Part shown: positions 1 to 11,864 of the stretch, piece by piece
How positions within the stretch are numbered: position 1 is the stretch's first letter
How the letters are laid out: every line of letters begins with the position of its first letter
Assembly (NCBI GenBank): GCA_051294375.1
Contig: JBJCIZ010000239.1
Span: 6,557,545-6,621,544 of the forward strand
From: Paraspadella gotoi
Taxonomy: Eukaryota > Animalia > Chaetognatha
Direction: 5' to 3'
Length of the DNA stretch: 64,000 nucleotides
Notes under the pieces: model-generated
What the model was told of the DNA's origin: nothing
The model's database searches: none
What the model saw: the letters and a program-made list of their open reading frames with translations, nothing else
Position numbers and translations under genes: made by a program

Positions 1-128
1 TAAGGACATCGATGATGATAAGTTTAATATAAATTTAAAAGTAATTATTACATATTAAAATTAATGAATTAATCAATTAATTAATTAATTATCGTAGGCA
101 GATCCGACATTGTTTGCTCAAACTTGTT
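1..128 (+). mobile_element. 3' end of Helentron-associated non-autonomous element (HINE/DINE-1-like family A)
   Basis: Ends GTAGGCAGATCCGAC-ATTGTTTGCTCAAACTTGTT, identical to the 3' ends at 5391-5425 and 8804-8838. It abuts the TTAACG of a satellite monomer, consistent with insertion at TT. Confidence 0.75.
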
Positions 129-3100
129 AACGTTTTTATCTCTTTAAACAATCAAAAAGTTGTTTGCTGGTGTATTTAACGTTTTTATCTCTTTTTACAT
201 TGGAAAAGTTGTTTGTTGGTGTTTTTAACCTTTTTATCTCTTTTTATATTGCAAAAAATGTTTTTCGAAGTTTTTAACGTTATTATTTCTTTTTACATTA
301 TAAATATCGTTTCCCAGTGTTTTCTACGTTTTTAACTTTTTTTACATTGGAAAAAGGGTTTTTCTTTGTTTTTAAAATTTTTATCTCTTTTGAAAAGTCG
401 TTTGCTGGTGTTTTTAACGTTTTTTCTCTTTTTACATAGGAAAAGTCGTCTGCCGGGGTTTTTAACGCATTTATTTCTTTTTACATTGGAAAAATCGTTT
501 TCTGTTATTTTTAACGTTTTCATATCTTTTTACAAGGGAAAAGTCGTTTTCTGGTGTTTTTAACGTTTTTATCTCTTGAGAGTGAGAGAAAGCTACATAT
601 AATTAAAAGAGAAAAGAGAGAGAGAAGGAGACATAAAAATAAAAGAGAGGAAATTTGTTTGTTTTGATAAAATGTAAAAAAAACATATTTAATAACTGTC
701 CTCACCCAATTTTGACAACCTCGATGATGTGAAGCTTTATGTCGTATTGAACCACGAACTTTCAGGGTCGCTCTCACTTTCTTAGTGGCTATCGCCACTC
801 CGGTTTTTAATAAATAGATTTTCTATTCCCTTCTATAACTATTGTAACCTGTACATTGAAAATATTGTTTGCCGGTGTTTTCTACGTGTTTATCTTTTTT
901 TACATTGAAAAAATCGTTTTTCCTTGTTTTTAACGTTTTCATCTCTTTTTACAAAGAAAAAGTCATTTTTCCTTGTTTTTAACGTTTTTAGCTCTTTTTA
1001 CAGAAGAAAAGAAAACGGAGAAATCGTTTTTCAGTGTTTTTAACGATTTTAGCTCTTTTTACGTAGGAAAAGGAAAAGTCGTTTGCCGGTGTTTTTAATG
1101 TTTTTATTTTTTTATAAAGAAAAGTCATTTGCCGGTGTTTTTAACGTTTTAATCTTTTTTTAAAAAAAGAAAAATCGTTTGCCAGCTTTTTTAACGTTTT
1201 TATCACCTTTTATATACGAAAAGTCGTTTTCCTACGTTTTTAATGTTTTTATCTATTTTTACAGTGAAATAATCGTTTGCCTGTGTTTAGTGACCTTTTC
1301 ATCTCTTTATATTGGAAAAGTATTTGCCGAAGTTTTTTAACGTTTTTGTTTCTTTTTACGTAGAAAAAAGTCGTTTGCAGGTGTTTTCAACGTTTTTATA
1401 ATTTTTTACATTGAAAAAGTCGTTTTCTGGTGTTTTTAACTTTTTATCTCTTTTTAAATAGGAAAAGTCGTTTGCTGGTTTTTTTTTAAATTTTATCACT
1501 TTTTACAATGTCGTTTGCCGGTGTTTTAAACATTTTTTCCCTTTCTTACAAAGGAAAAGTAGTTTGCCAGTGTTTTTAACGTTTTTAACTCTTTTTAAAT
1601 TGGAAAAGTTGTTTTCTGGTGTTTTGAACTTTTTATCTCTTTTTAACTAAGAAAAGTCGTTTGCTGGTTTTTTAAAAGTTTTTATCACTTTTTAAAATGT
1701 TGTTTGCCGGTGTTTTTAACATTTTTTCACTTTCTTACAAAGGAAAAGTGGTTTACCGGTGTTTTTAACTTTTTTATCTCTTTTTAAAAAGTCGTTTTCT
1801 GGTGTTTTTAACTTTTTATCTCTTTTTAAAAAAGAAAAGTCGTTAGCTGGTTTTTTAAAAGTTTTTATAACTTTTTACAATGTCGTTTGCCGGTGTTTTT
1901 ATCATTTTTTCCCTTTCCTACAAAGGAAAAGTCGATTGCCGGTGTTTTTAATGTTTTTATCTCTTTTTACATTGGAAAAGTCGTTTTCCGGTGTTTTTAA
2001 CGTTTTTATCTCTTTTTTACATTGGAAAAGTCGTTTTTCGTTGTTTTTAACATTTTCTTCACTTTTTACAAAGGAAAAGTCGTTTTCCGGTGTTTTTAAC
2101 GTTTTTATAATTTTTTTACATAGGAAAAGTCGTTTAATGGTTTTTTTTTAAAGATTTTATCTTTTTTTACAACGTCGATAGCCAGTGTTTTTAATATTTC
2201 TTCCCTTTTTTACAAAGGAAAAATCGTTTGCCAGTGTTTTCAACGTTTTTATCTCTTTTTACATTGGAAAAGTCGTTTTCTGGTGTTTTTAACGTTTTCA
2301 TTTTTTGTTTTTTATAAAGGGTTAATTCGTTTTCCGGTGTTTTGGACGTTTTCATTTCTTTTTAGAAAGGAAAATTCGTTTGCCAGTGTTTTTAACGTTT
2401 TTATCTCTTTTTACATAGGAAGAGTCGTTTTCTCGTGTTTTTAACGTTTTTATTTCTTTTTAAATTGCAAAAGTCGATTGTGGGTGTTTTTAATGTTTTT
2501 ATCTTTTTTTACATAGGAAAAGTCGTTTGCCGGTTTTTTATCTCTTTTTACAACAGATAAAAACGATAAAAATACCGGCAAACAAATTTTTCTCCATATA
2601 AAGAGAAACAAACATTAAAAACACGGGCAAACCACTTTTCCTATGTAAAAAGAGATAAAAACGTTAATAACACCGGCAAAACACTTTTCTTATGTAAAAA
2701 CAGATAAAAACTTTAAAAACACCTGCACACGACTTTTATATTATAAAAAAATGTTTAAAAAACCGGCAAATCATTTTTCCTTTGTAAAAACAGAAATAAA
2801 AACCTGCAAACGACTTTTTATTTATAAAAAGAGATAAAAAACGTTTTCCTATCTAAAAACAGATAAAAACGAAAAAAATACCGGCAAACAACTTTTTCTC
2901 TATGCAAAGAGATAAAAACGTTAAAAAAACCGGCAAACCAATTTCCAATGTAAAAAGAGATAAACACCGGCCATTTTTTTGATAAAACCTTAAAAAATCC
3001 TGCAAACGTCTTTTTTATTATAAAACAGATAAAAACGTTAAAAATACCTGCAAACCACTTAAAAAGAGATAAATACGTTGAAAACACCTGCAAACGACTT

Positions 3101-4165
3101 TTCCTATGTAAAAAACAGGTAAAAACGTTAAAAACACCTGCAAATAAATTTTTCCCAAGTAAAAACACATAAAAAATGTTCAAAACACCGGCAAACAACT
3201 TTCCTATGTAAAAAAGAATAAAAACGTTAAAAACACCAGCAAACTACTTTTGCTATGTGAAGAGGTAAAAACGTTACAAACACATGCAAACGACTTTTTC
3301 TATGTAAAAACAGATGAAAACGTTAAAAACACCTGCAAACGACTTTAATATATAAGAAGAAAGAAAAACGTTAAAAACACCGGCAAACAACTTTCTCTAT
3401 GTAAAAACAGATAAAAATGCTAAAAACACAGGCAAACCAATTTACCTCTTTAAAAACAGATGAAAACGATAAAAACTCCTGCAAACTACTTTTCCCTTTT
3501 ACAAAAAGACAAAAACATAAAAAAACAACGGAAAACGACTTTTCCTTTGTAAAAAGAGTTAAAAACGATAAAAACACCTTTAAACCATTTCCTATGTAAA
3601 AACTGATAAAAACGTTAAAAACACCGGCAAACTATTTTTTCTATGTAAAAACAGAAAAAAAATTTAAAAACTGTAAAAATAGATAAAAACGTTAAGACCA
3701 CCTTTAAACCACTTTTCCGATGTAAAAAGAATTAAAAACGTTAAAAACACCGGCAAACCACTTTTCCTATATAAAAAGAGATACAAAAATTAAAAACACC
3801 TTTAATCCAATTTTCCTATGTAAAAAATGATAATAAAGTTAAAAACACCAGCAAAAAATTTTTCTTATGTCAAAATAAATTAAAACATTAAAAACACCGG
3901 CAAACCACATTTCCTATGTAAAAAGAAATAAAAAAGTTAAAAACACCTTTATACCACTTTTCCTATGTAAAAAAAGATATAAACGTTAAAAACACCGGCA
4001 AAACACTTTTCCTATGTAAAAAGAGATAAAAACGTTAAAAACACCGGCAAACCACTTTTCCTATGTAAAAACAGATAAAAACGATAAAAGCACTTGCAAA
4101 CCATTGTACCATTGTATAAAAAGATAAAAACATTAAAAACACCTGCAAACAACTTTTCCTATGTC
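129..4165. repeat. ~50-bp tandem satellite array in two opposite orientations
   Basis: The monomer is approximately TTTTTAACGTTTTTATCTCTTTTTACATAGGAAAAGTCGTTTGCCGGTG (CCGGTGT at 1939 and 1988, period 49). It reads T-rich from 129 to ~2552 and as the reverse complement (AAAAACGTTAAAAACACCGGCAAAC) from ~2553 to 4165. It is interrupted at ~578-851. Confidence 0.95.
697..851 (-). pseudogene. LINE AP-endonuclease fragment inserted in the satellite
   Basis: The minus-strand frame reads GYNSYRRE*KIYLLKTGVAIATKK, matching the GY..YR.DR....GGVAI segment of non-LTR retrotransposon APE domains, with one in-frame stop. Confidence 0.5.
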
Positions 4166-4233
4166 CTTTCTCTCTCTCTCTCTTTCTTTCTCTCCCTTTC
4201 TCTCTCTCTCTCTCCCTCTCTCTCTCTCTCTCA

Positions 4234-5425
4234 CCAGAACATCGAATTATGATAAATTATGCAATAAAATGATGTCCCTCTGTCCGTCTGTCTGTCTGTC
4301 TGTCTGACTGTCTGTCTGTTTGTCTGTCTGTCTGTCCATCCGTCCGTCCCACCTTAGCAAAAACATGATTGGATGGATGGATTTTGAATGAAATTTTGTG
4401 TGTGGGTAGGGAAGTGTGTGATTGAGCTGGTATGAAGTTTCGATGGAATCGTCCGAGTGGAATGAGTTTAAATGGAAAAAAATATATAATTCACTATTTG
4501 AACACCAATTGCTCATGAGTGCGATGGGGCGATTGACCTGGAATTTTGTATGTGAGTAGGAAAGTGTGTGATTGAACAGGAAACCAAGTTTCGATGAAAT
4601 CGTTTGAGTGGAAATGAGTTTAAATGGAAAAAACAAAAAACCTGTTTCACTAATTGATTATGATTTTTTTTTCTTTTATATTAAATGTATATGCAGGATG
4701 TATTAATAAATCAAATAATTAATCAGTTAATTAATCAATTAGTCAATTAATTAATCACTAATTAATTAATCAGTCAATCAATCCGTCCATCCGTCACACC
4801 TTAGCAAAAAGCCCAATAACTCGTGATTGGCTGGTTGGATCGGAATGAAATTTTGTGTATGAGTAGGAACATGTGTGATGAAGCTGGATATAAGTTTCGA
4901 CGGAATCGTGTGAGTGAATATGAGTTTAAATGGAAAAAACATAAGTCGCATTTACTAAAATCTTTTTACTTATTTTAACCAATAAATACTCTATTTAATC
5001 ATAATTGGAAGGATAGATTGAGTTCAAATTTTGTGTGTGGTAGGAAAATGTGTGACGAAGCTTGATATAAAGTTTTGGTACGAGTGGAAATGAGTTTAAA
5101 TGAAAAAAATATGAGTCACATTTACTTGACTCCTTTACTTATTTTAACCCATAATAGATTGAGATGAAATTTTGTGAGCGGGAAGGAAAGTGTGTGAAGA
5201 AGCTTGATATAAAGTTTTGACGGAATTGTGCCAGTGGAAATGAGTTTAAATGAAAAAATATAAGTCACATTTACTTTATTTTAAAGACAACGATGATGAG
5301 AAGTTGTATATAAATTTATAATTAATTATTAAATATTAAAATTAATTAATTAATTAATTAATCGATTAATTAATTAATTAATTAATTTTCGTAGGCAGAT
5401 CCGACATTGTTTGCTCAAACTTGTT
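4234..5425 (+). mobile_element. HINE family A copy, 5'-truncated
   Basis: Colinear with 7362-8838: (GTCT/GTCC)n microsatellite at 4274-4350, ~150-bp internal repeats containing GAGTGGAAATGAGTTTAAATGG, (TTAA)n tracts and the conserved 3' end. Confidence 0.8.
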
Positions 5426-7260
5426 TTTCTTAGACCGAAAAGAAAACCAACCAAAATCGTTCACAAAAATAAATAATAAATTATTCCCTGATTCAGCTCC
5501 CTATCACAACATGAGTAACATAATTCATTATGTGGTTGACCAATGACCATTTGATTGACCTGATTTATAACCAGATTCATCACAAGATTCATGACGTATT
5601 ATGATCTCTCTATTCAATTCGACTTTTTCTCTTAACACTAATTGTTATTAATTTTCTTTACTCTATCGCTTAATATAGTCTTTCTTCATAGTCCACCCCA
5701 ATCTGTTAATCAAAGCACTGTCTACACAACGCCCTGCCACACCCAACGCCCTTCCACACCACAATCCCACTCCGTTCGTAATTCGCCGGAAGGCGGAAAT
5801 CAATACGGGGGAAAATCTTCTGAATATTCGATGGGGAGGGAGAAAGAAAATGATTTATCAAGCGAGAGAGATAATGATAACGAGAGTGAGAGAGAGAGAG
5901 AGAGGAGAAAACCACCGAAAGAGAAATATGGTCGATTGGTCAATCGCGAGTGGGTCCATCAAAATATCATGAAAGGACGGAACCATCAAAATACTTTTAA
6001 CTAATGATCCGATAAGATCCCAGAGGCGCTACTGGTCTTCGTCGTCGTCGTCGTTGTCGTCGTCGTCTTCTTTTTTCAAAAAAGAACTCTTATTATATTC
6101 CTTTAATTTTTCTCGGTGAATAGTTTTCGAAGTTTCATTAATTTTATATTACTTGACCCGTCATAAATAATTTAAATATTTATTGTTTATATACGGAATC
6201 GTTCTTTAAAAACTTTTATTTTTCTGTTTCTTCTTAAATATTAAATATCTAAAATCGAACCAACTCTCCGACAAGATAATGACATTGCATGTCCCTACTA
6301 GCTTTCAAACAAGACTCTCTCAAAGTCTAGTTTATTAACTCGCAGAGTTCGTATATTCCTCATTAATAAAACGGTATAGTCTTTGCATGATCTGTCAGAA
6401 ATATGGCTAGTTTTCATAACTAAATTTGTTGTTTTGCAGATATTGGTATCCTATTCGGTTTTCCAAATCAGAATTAAATTAGCTGTGCCCTTCTGTCGTC
6501 CTGAGCAGCAAATATAATAAATATATTTTGGGCATAAACGATTTGATCTCAGGAGATGAATCTTTATTTCACAAGATCATCGCAGAGGAATCAAGACTGT
6601 AGAATCTAAAGCGGGTCAACGACGCGAGCAGAAAAGCCACCAAGAGAAGAATGGAACATTGTCATTGGCCAAGAAACAAATGGCACCGGCCAATGAGCAC
6701 ATGGGCTCCTTTCAGCTTGTAAATTCTACCCATGCCTCTGATCAGATTGAACGATATAAAAGAGAACCAGAAATTGTATTGATTCACTCTGCCCCAAAAA
6801 TTGACACCGTTTTGTATTATCGTCTATTTTTCTGAGGAAATAAAATCCACTTTGGTTTCACCTAGAAATCCCTGTCTGCTTACTTATTTGAGATTGAAAA
6901 CCTGAATGTTTGGCTTTGTGGCGGTATATTCACACCACCTCAAGTCCATTGGCTCAGAGGGGGAACACACAATCCCAGTCGTAGTGTTCCATCCACAGTC
7001 CTAACGACTTCCCTCTGCGTTGGCAAAGCGAGACCGTCCTAGGGTAACCGCGCCAGAGACTGGATGCGTCACTTAGGGTCGGAAGCCCTTAAAGCATACA
7101 GTGAAATGCCCCATCCCAATAGGCATCACAGCCGACCCGGCTGTTGCCATAGCTTTATATTTATTATTTGATAAAGTATTTTTTGTTAATATTTATTTCT
7201 ATTGATGTTGATGACCTCAACTTTAGTATTTATTTCTCAGGATTCGATGGCAAATCCTTT

Positions 7261-8838
7261 TTAGTCGGATCTACTTATCAACAGATCCCGACTCTATAAT
7301 TCACTTTGTCGGTCCGTCGGTTCGCCCCCTCAATATTGTCGGGCACTAACTTATATCATGTCAGAACATTGAATTATGATAAATTATGCAAAAAAAATTA
7401 TGTCCGTCTGTCCGTCCATCCGTCCGTCCGTCCATCCCACCTTAGCAAAAAATACCAATTACTCGTGATTGGATGGATGAATTTAAATAAAATTTTGTGT
7501 GTGGGTAGGGAAGTGTGTGATTGAGCTGGATATGAAGTTTCGATGGAATCGTCCGAGTGGAAATGAGTTTAAATGGAAAAAACAAAAAAATATATTTCAC
7601 TATTTGAACACCAATTACTCAAGAGTAGATGGGGCGATTGACTTGAAATTTTGTATTTGGGTAGGAAAGTGTGAGATTGAGCTGGAAATCAAGTTTCGAT
7701 GGAATCGTTTGAGTGGAAATGAGTTTAAATGGAAAGAAACAAAAAACCTGTTTCACTAATTGATTATGCTTCTTTTTCCTTTAATATTGAATATAAATGA
7801 ATGATGTATTAATAAATCGAATAATTAATCAGTTAATTAATCAATTAGTCAATTAATTATTCAATAATTAATCAATTAGTCAATCAATCCGTCCATCCGT
7901 CCCATCTTAGCAAAAATCTCCAATAACTCGTGATTGGCTGGTTGGATTAGAATGAAGTTTTGTGTGTGGGTAGGACAGTGTGAGATGAAGCTGGATATAA
8001 AGTTTCGATGGAATCGTGTGAGTGGAAATGAGTTTAAATGGAAAAAAACATAAGTTGCATTTACTAAAATCTTTTTATTTTTTTTAACCAATAAATACTC
8101 TAATTAATCATAATTGGATGGATAGATTGAGTTAAAATTTTGTGTGTAGGTAGGAAAGTGTGTGACGAAGCTTGATACAAAGTTTCGGTGGAAACTTACG
8201 AGTGGAAATGAGTTTAAATAAAAAAAATATGAGTCACATTTACTTGAATCTTTTTGCTTTCACGATCTTGTTAGTCCTGCAATGTTACTTATTTTAACCC
8301 ATAATTACTCGAATTAATCATAATTGAATTAATAGATTGAGAAGGAAAGTGTGTGAAGAAGCGAGATATAAAGTTTTGACGGAATTGTGCCAGTGGAAAT
8401 GTGTTTAAAATTTTAAATGGAAAAAACATAAGTCACATTTACTTGAATCTTTTTTATTTATGATTACTAATAAATGTTTTAATTAATTAATTAATTAATT
8501 TGAAAAAATGATACAATTTAAAAAAATTATGCAAGTTGAAAAAATTATGCAAGTTGAAAAAATTATGCAAGTTGGAAAAATTATGAAAGTTGAAAAAATG
8601 ATGCAAGTTGAAAAAATGATGCAAGTTGAAAAAATGATGCAAGTTAAAAAATATGATGCGAAATGCGAATTGCAAAAATGATGTAAATTGAAAAAATGAT
8701 GAGTTGAAAAAATTATGTGCGTTAAAAAAATGATGCGAGTTAAAAAAAATTGTCAAAAATATTGTGATTTATCATCTGATTAGCAAATTACCGCTTAATT
8801 AGTGTAGGCAGATCCGACATTGTTTGCTCAAACTTGTT
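7261..8838 (+). mobile_element. Complete Helentron-associated non-autonomous element (HINE/DINE-1-like family A) with central tandem repeats
   Basis: The 5' subTIR GTCGGATCTACTTAT (7264-7278) is inverted to the 3' subTIR GTAGGCAGATCCGAC (8804-8818). There is an inner 5' inverted repeat AGATCCCGACT (7283-7293), a (GTCC)n microsatellite at ~7402-7435, about five ~150-bp internal units, a short 3' palindrome GTTTGCTCAAAC and a terminal CTTGTT. T-runs flank both ends and there is no TSD. This matches the DINE-1/HINE layout. Confidence 0.8.
8505..8757 (+). repeat. 20-bp minisatellite inside the HINE copy
   Basis: About 12 units of TGCAAGTTGAAAAAAT(T/G)A. Absent from the copy ending at 5425. Confidence 0.9.
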
Positions 8839-9407
8839 TTTTTATTGGTTTCCTGTGCTAAAACTTGTATAGGAATACAATTCGTTCTATTTTCTGGCCT
8901 TTTTCTTACCGTCTTTCTATCTTTTTCTATATTTTCCTTTTAACTTTTCTTTCTATCTTTTTCTATCTTTTCCTTTTAGCTTTTCTTTCTATCCTTTTCT
9001 ATTCTCTATTTTCTTTTAACTTTCCTTTTCTTCCTCTTCCTCCATTGGCTCGTCCCTTTCCTTCTGTTCATCTCTTCCTCCTCCTCTCTCTCTCTCTCTG
9101 TCTGTCTCTCTCTCTGCCTCTCTCTCTCTCTCCACCGCCTTGCGTCGTCCCGACGACGGACGCCCAATATGCTGAAAACGAAGAAACGAGGATTCACTAA
9201 GCGCGTTTCCTATAGCAGGAGGAAGAGGAGGATTCGCTTCACGTTTTCCTAAGGAAGGAGGAAGAGGAAGAGAAGTTTCCGTCGGCCACACGCCGAGCCA
9301 TAAGTCGTAAGAATATGGTGTCGTCGCGCGAGAAAAAAAATATTCTCTCACTCTCTCTCTCTCGCTCTCTCTCTCACCGTCTCTCTCATTCTCTCCGTTT
9401 CTCTCCA

Positions 9408-9474
9408 GTCCTTGGTAACGCGTCGTTAGGGACGTCGGTTCTCTAAATATTTTCTCACGGCGTCTCCTAGCAAC
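9408..9474. promoter_or_regulatory. RFX X-box-like motifs in a CpG-rich island
   Basis: GTCTCCTAGCAAC (9462-9474) matches the 13-bp RFX palindrome variant, and CCTTGGTAAC (9410-9419) is a second half-site. Motif match only. Confidence 0.4.
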
Positions 9475-10400
9475 GGATAAGCGGCGATTTCTCTCAAATG
9501 ATAATTTAAATGTTCAGCGAAAAGTGAAACTATTCCTTTATTATTCAAATTAGCCTTTTCGCGGAGAAAAACGTTTTGTTTTAACAGACACGTGAATAGA
9601 AAAAAAATTATTCAAAAAATAAAAAAAATCATCGAAAAAAATTAACTTATTTTTTAATTGTTTAAAACTACACTAATTTTCAGATTAAAATTTCGAACAA
9701 AATTTCGACCTAAATAAAAATTATGAACTTAAAAATTACAAGGAAAAGTTACTGTGGACTCGTTTGAGGCCATCCGAGGTGACTTACCCTGGCCTCACCT
9801 TAAGCCGAACTTCTGATTCCTTGCGTATACATTGTCTGGTAAGTTTGTTTTTAATTGTTTATTTTTATGTTGATGTTTATGTAGAGTATGTAAATTGTAT
9901 AAAGTATAAGGTTCAATCAATGAAAATACAAATCGAAACATTTAATAAAAAAATACTTCATTGATCACACATCAGTAATATAGTTAAATAGTTCAATGAT
10001 CACAAAATGGTTGACAAGATATTAATAATAGTAATTTCATAAAAATAATATAAGTGTAAGTACAATAATAATACATTCGTTCGTTCTTTACCATTTGAAT
10101 TTTGAATCATTAGCCCCCTTCCCAAATTTTTTTTTTAAGTATCAAATCTCTAAACAAAGATCTTACAAAATTTTCGAAGATCTAAACTATTTTTTTTATA
10201 TTTCTAATCGATGAGAGTGACAGGTGGCATCGCTAAAACACACAGTGAGCTAAATGTTGCAAGCGATATAGCAATATATATTTAGTAATACGAAATATGT
10301 AAACAAAATTTAAAATATATCAATCTTCATTAGATTTCGGAATTATATGAAAAAAATGAGAGGTAAATGTTGATGATCATTAACAAAGACAGCATATCAG

Positions 10401-10495
10401 TAGGGTTCCGATAACCGTTAAAAGTTAACGGTTATTAACGGTTTATTATAATTTTAACTTAACTGTTAATTTTAACGGTTAAATTCGGTTAATTT
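10401..10495 (+). mobile_element. Orphan hAT-like transposon terminus
   Basis: Starts TAGGGTT and is followed by clustered TAACCG/AACGGTTA subterminal motifs. No partner end found. Confidence 0.4.
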
Positions 10496-11065
10496 TCAAA
10501 TATGATTTTTGTTATTATTTGTTAAGAAATCTTTGATTTGCGGCGACGACAAGTATTTTTTCCCCGTCCTCTCTTATTCTCCTCTCCCTTTCTCACCATA
10601 TTTTTCCCCCTCTCTCTCTCTTCTCCATTTTTTCAATGTTTTTTTTTCCTTTTTTATTATCAACTTTTTTCTATCCTAATCTCTCTTATTCTTTCTGCCC
10701 CTTACTCTATACCCTTCTTTCTCTCTTTTCCCCTCCTTTACCCCCCTTTCTTTTCTCTCCTTTTTTTCTGCCCTTCCAGTATTTTTTTTTACTTTCTCCC
10801 AATTTTTTTTCGTTTTTCCTTTCAACTAATTTTATGCATTTGTATCTTAGAGACAAAGTTTGAAATAATTAGCAATAACGATTTATTTTCAAGATGACAA
10901 CGTACATGTTTTGGCTTTTCTATAAGCCTTCTTCAGCGTCAATTTAGTTTGTGAAAATATTATACAGATTTTGTGTAGAAGAAGGGGAGAGAGAGAGAAA
11001 GAGAGAGAAAGAGAAAGAGAGAGAGAGAAAAGTTTCTCTGTTTCTCTGTTTCTCTCTCTCTCTCT

Positions 11066-11372
11066 AGAGAAAAAGAAGAATTATTTTTTTTTTTTTAATA
11101 ACAAAATAGAATAAAAAGTTTTTCATTTATGAATTTAATTTGCATATATATTATATTTCAAAATATTCTTTGATGTAAGAGAGATGAGATGAGAGAGAGA
11201 GTGAAAGAGAAAGAGAGAGAGAGAGAAAAGTTTCTCTGTTTCTCTGTTTCTCTCTCTCTCTCATCTCATCTCTCTTACATCAAAGAATATTTTGAAATAC
11301 AAATTAAATTCATACATGAAAAACTTTTTATTCTATTTTGTTATTAAAAAATAAATAATTCTTCTTTTTCTC
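11066..11372. repeat. Imperfect inverted repeat with ~125-bp arms around an AG/CT microsatellite
   Basis: 11066-11200 (…TTTCAAAATATTCTTTGATGTAAGAGAGATGAGATGAG) is inverted at 11249-11372 (CTCATCTCATCTCTCTTACATCAAAGAATATTTTGAAAT…). Confidence 0.85.
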
Positions 11373-11864
11373 TCTTTTTCTTTCCCTCTTTAGAACGAAA
11401 AAAGAAGCAAATGAAATAAAACCAAATGAATGAAAAAAATTAATAAAAAAATTATTATAAAAAATTTAAAAATTAATAATAGGAAGGAATCTGAAAAGGA
11501 ATCTTAAAAGGACATTAAGGCTAACTAAAAAAAATATCCTTCAATGATGATATACTTTTTAATAAAACGAAAAAAAATATTTATTAATCAATAAATCTTT
11601 TGATCAATAGCTCAATCAATAAACCATTCCATCAATAAACTAATATTCATATTTTATATTTATAATTATGATCATGGTTTATGAATGACTAACAACTAGA
11701 AAAATAATAAAGAAGAGAAATAGAAAAAGAAAAAGAGAAAGCGAAAGAGAGAAAGAGAGAACGAGAAAACATAATATAAAATTAGAATTACATTGTGCTT
11801 TTTCTTTCTTTTTATTTTATACTTTTTTTACATTTGTATTATGCTTAAGGCAAAAGAAAAAACT

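Noticed and set aside
332-3599. ORFs in the satellite (F/K-rich, up to 130 aa)
   Set aside because: They are translations of the 50-bp tandem repeat.
129-4165. CRISPR-like regular array
   Set aside because: Monomers are contiguous with no unique spacers, there are no cas genes, and the context is eukaryotic.
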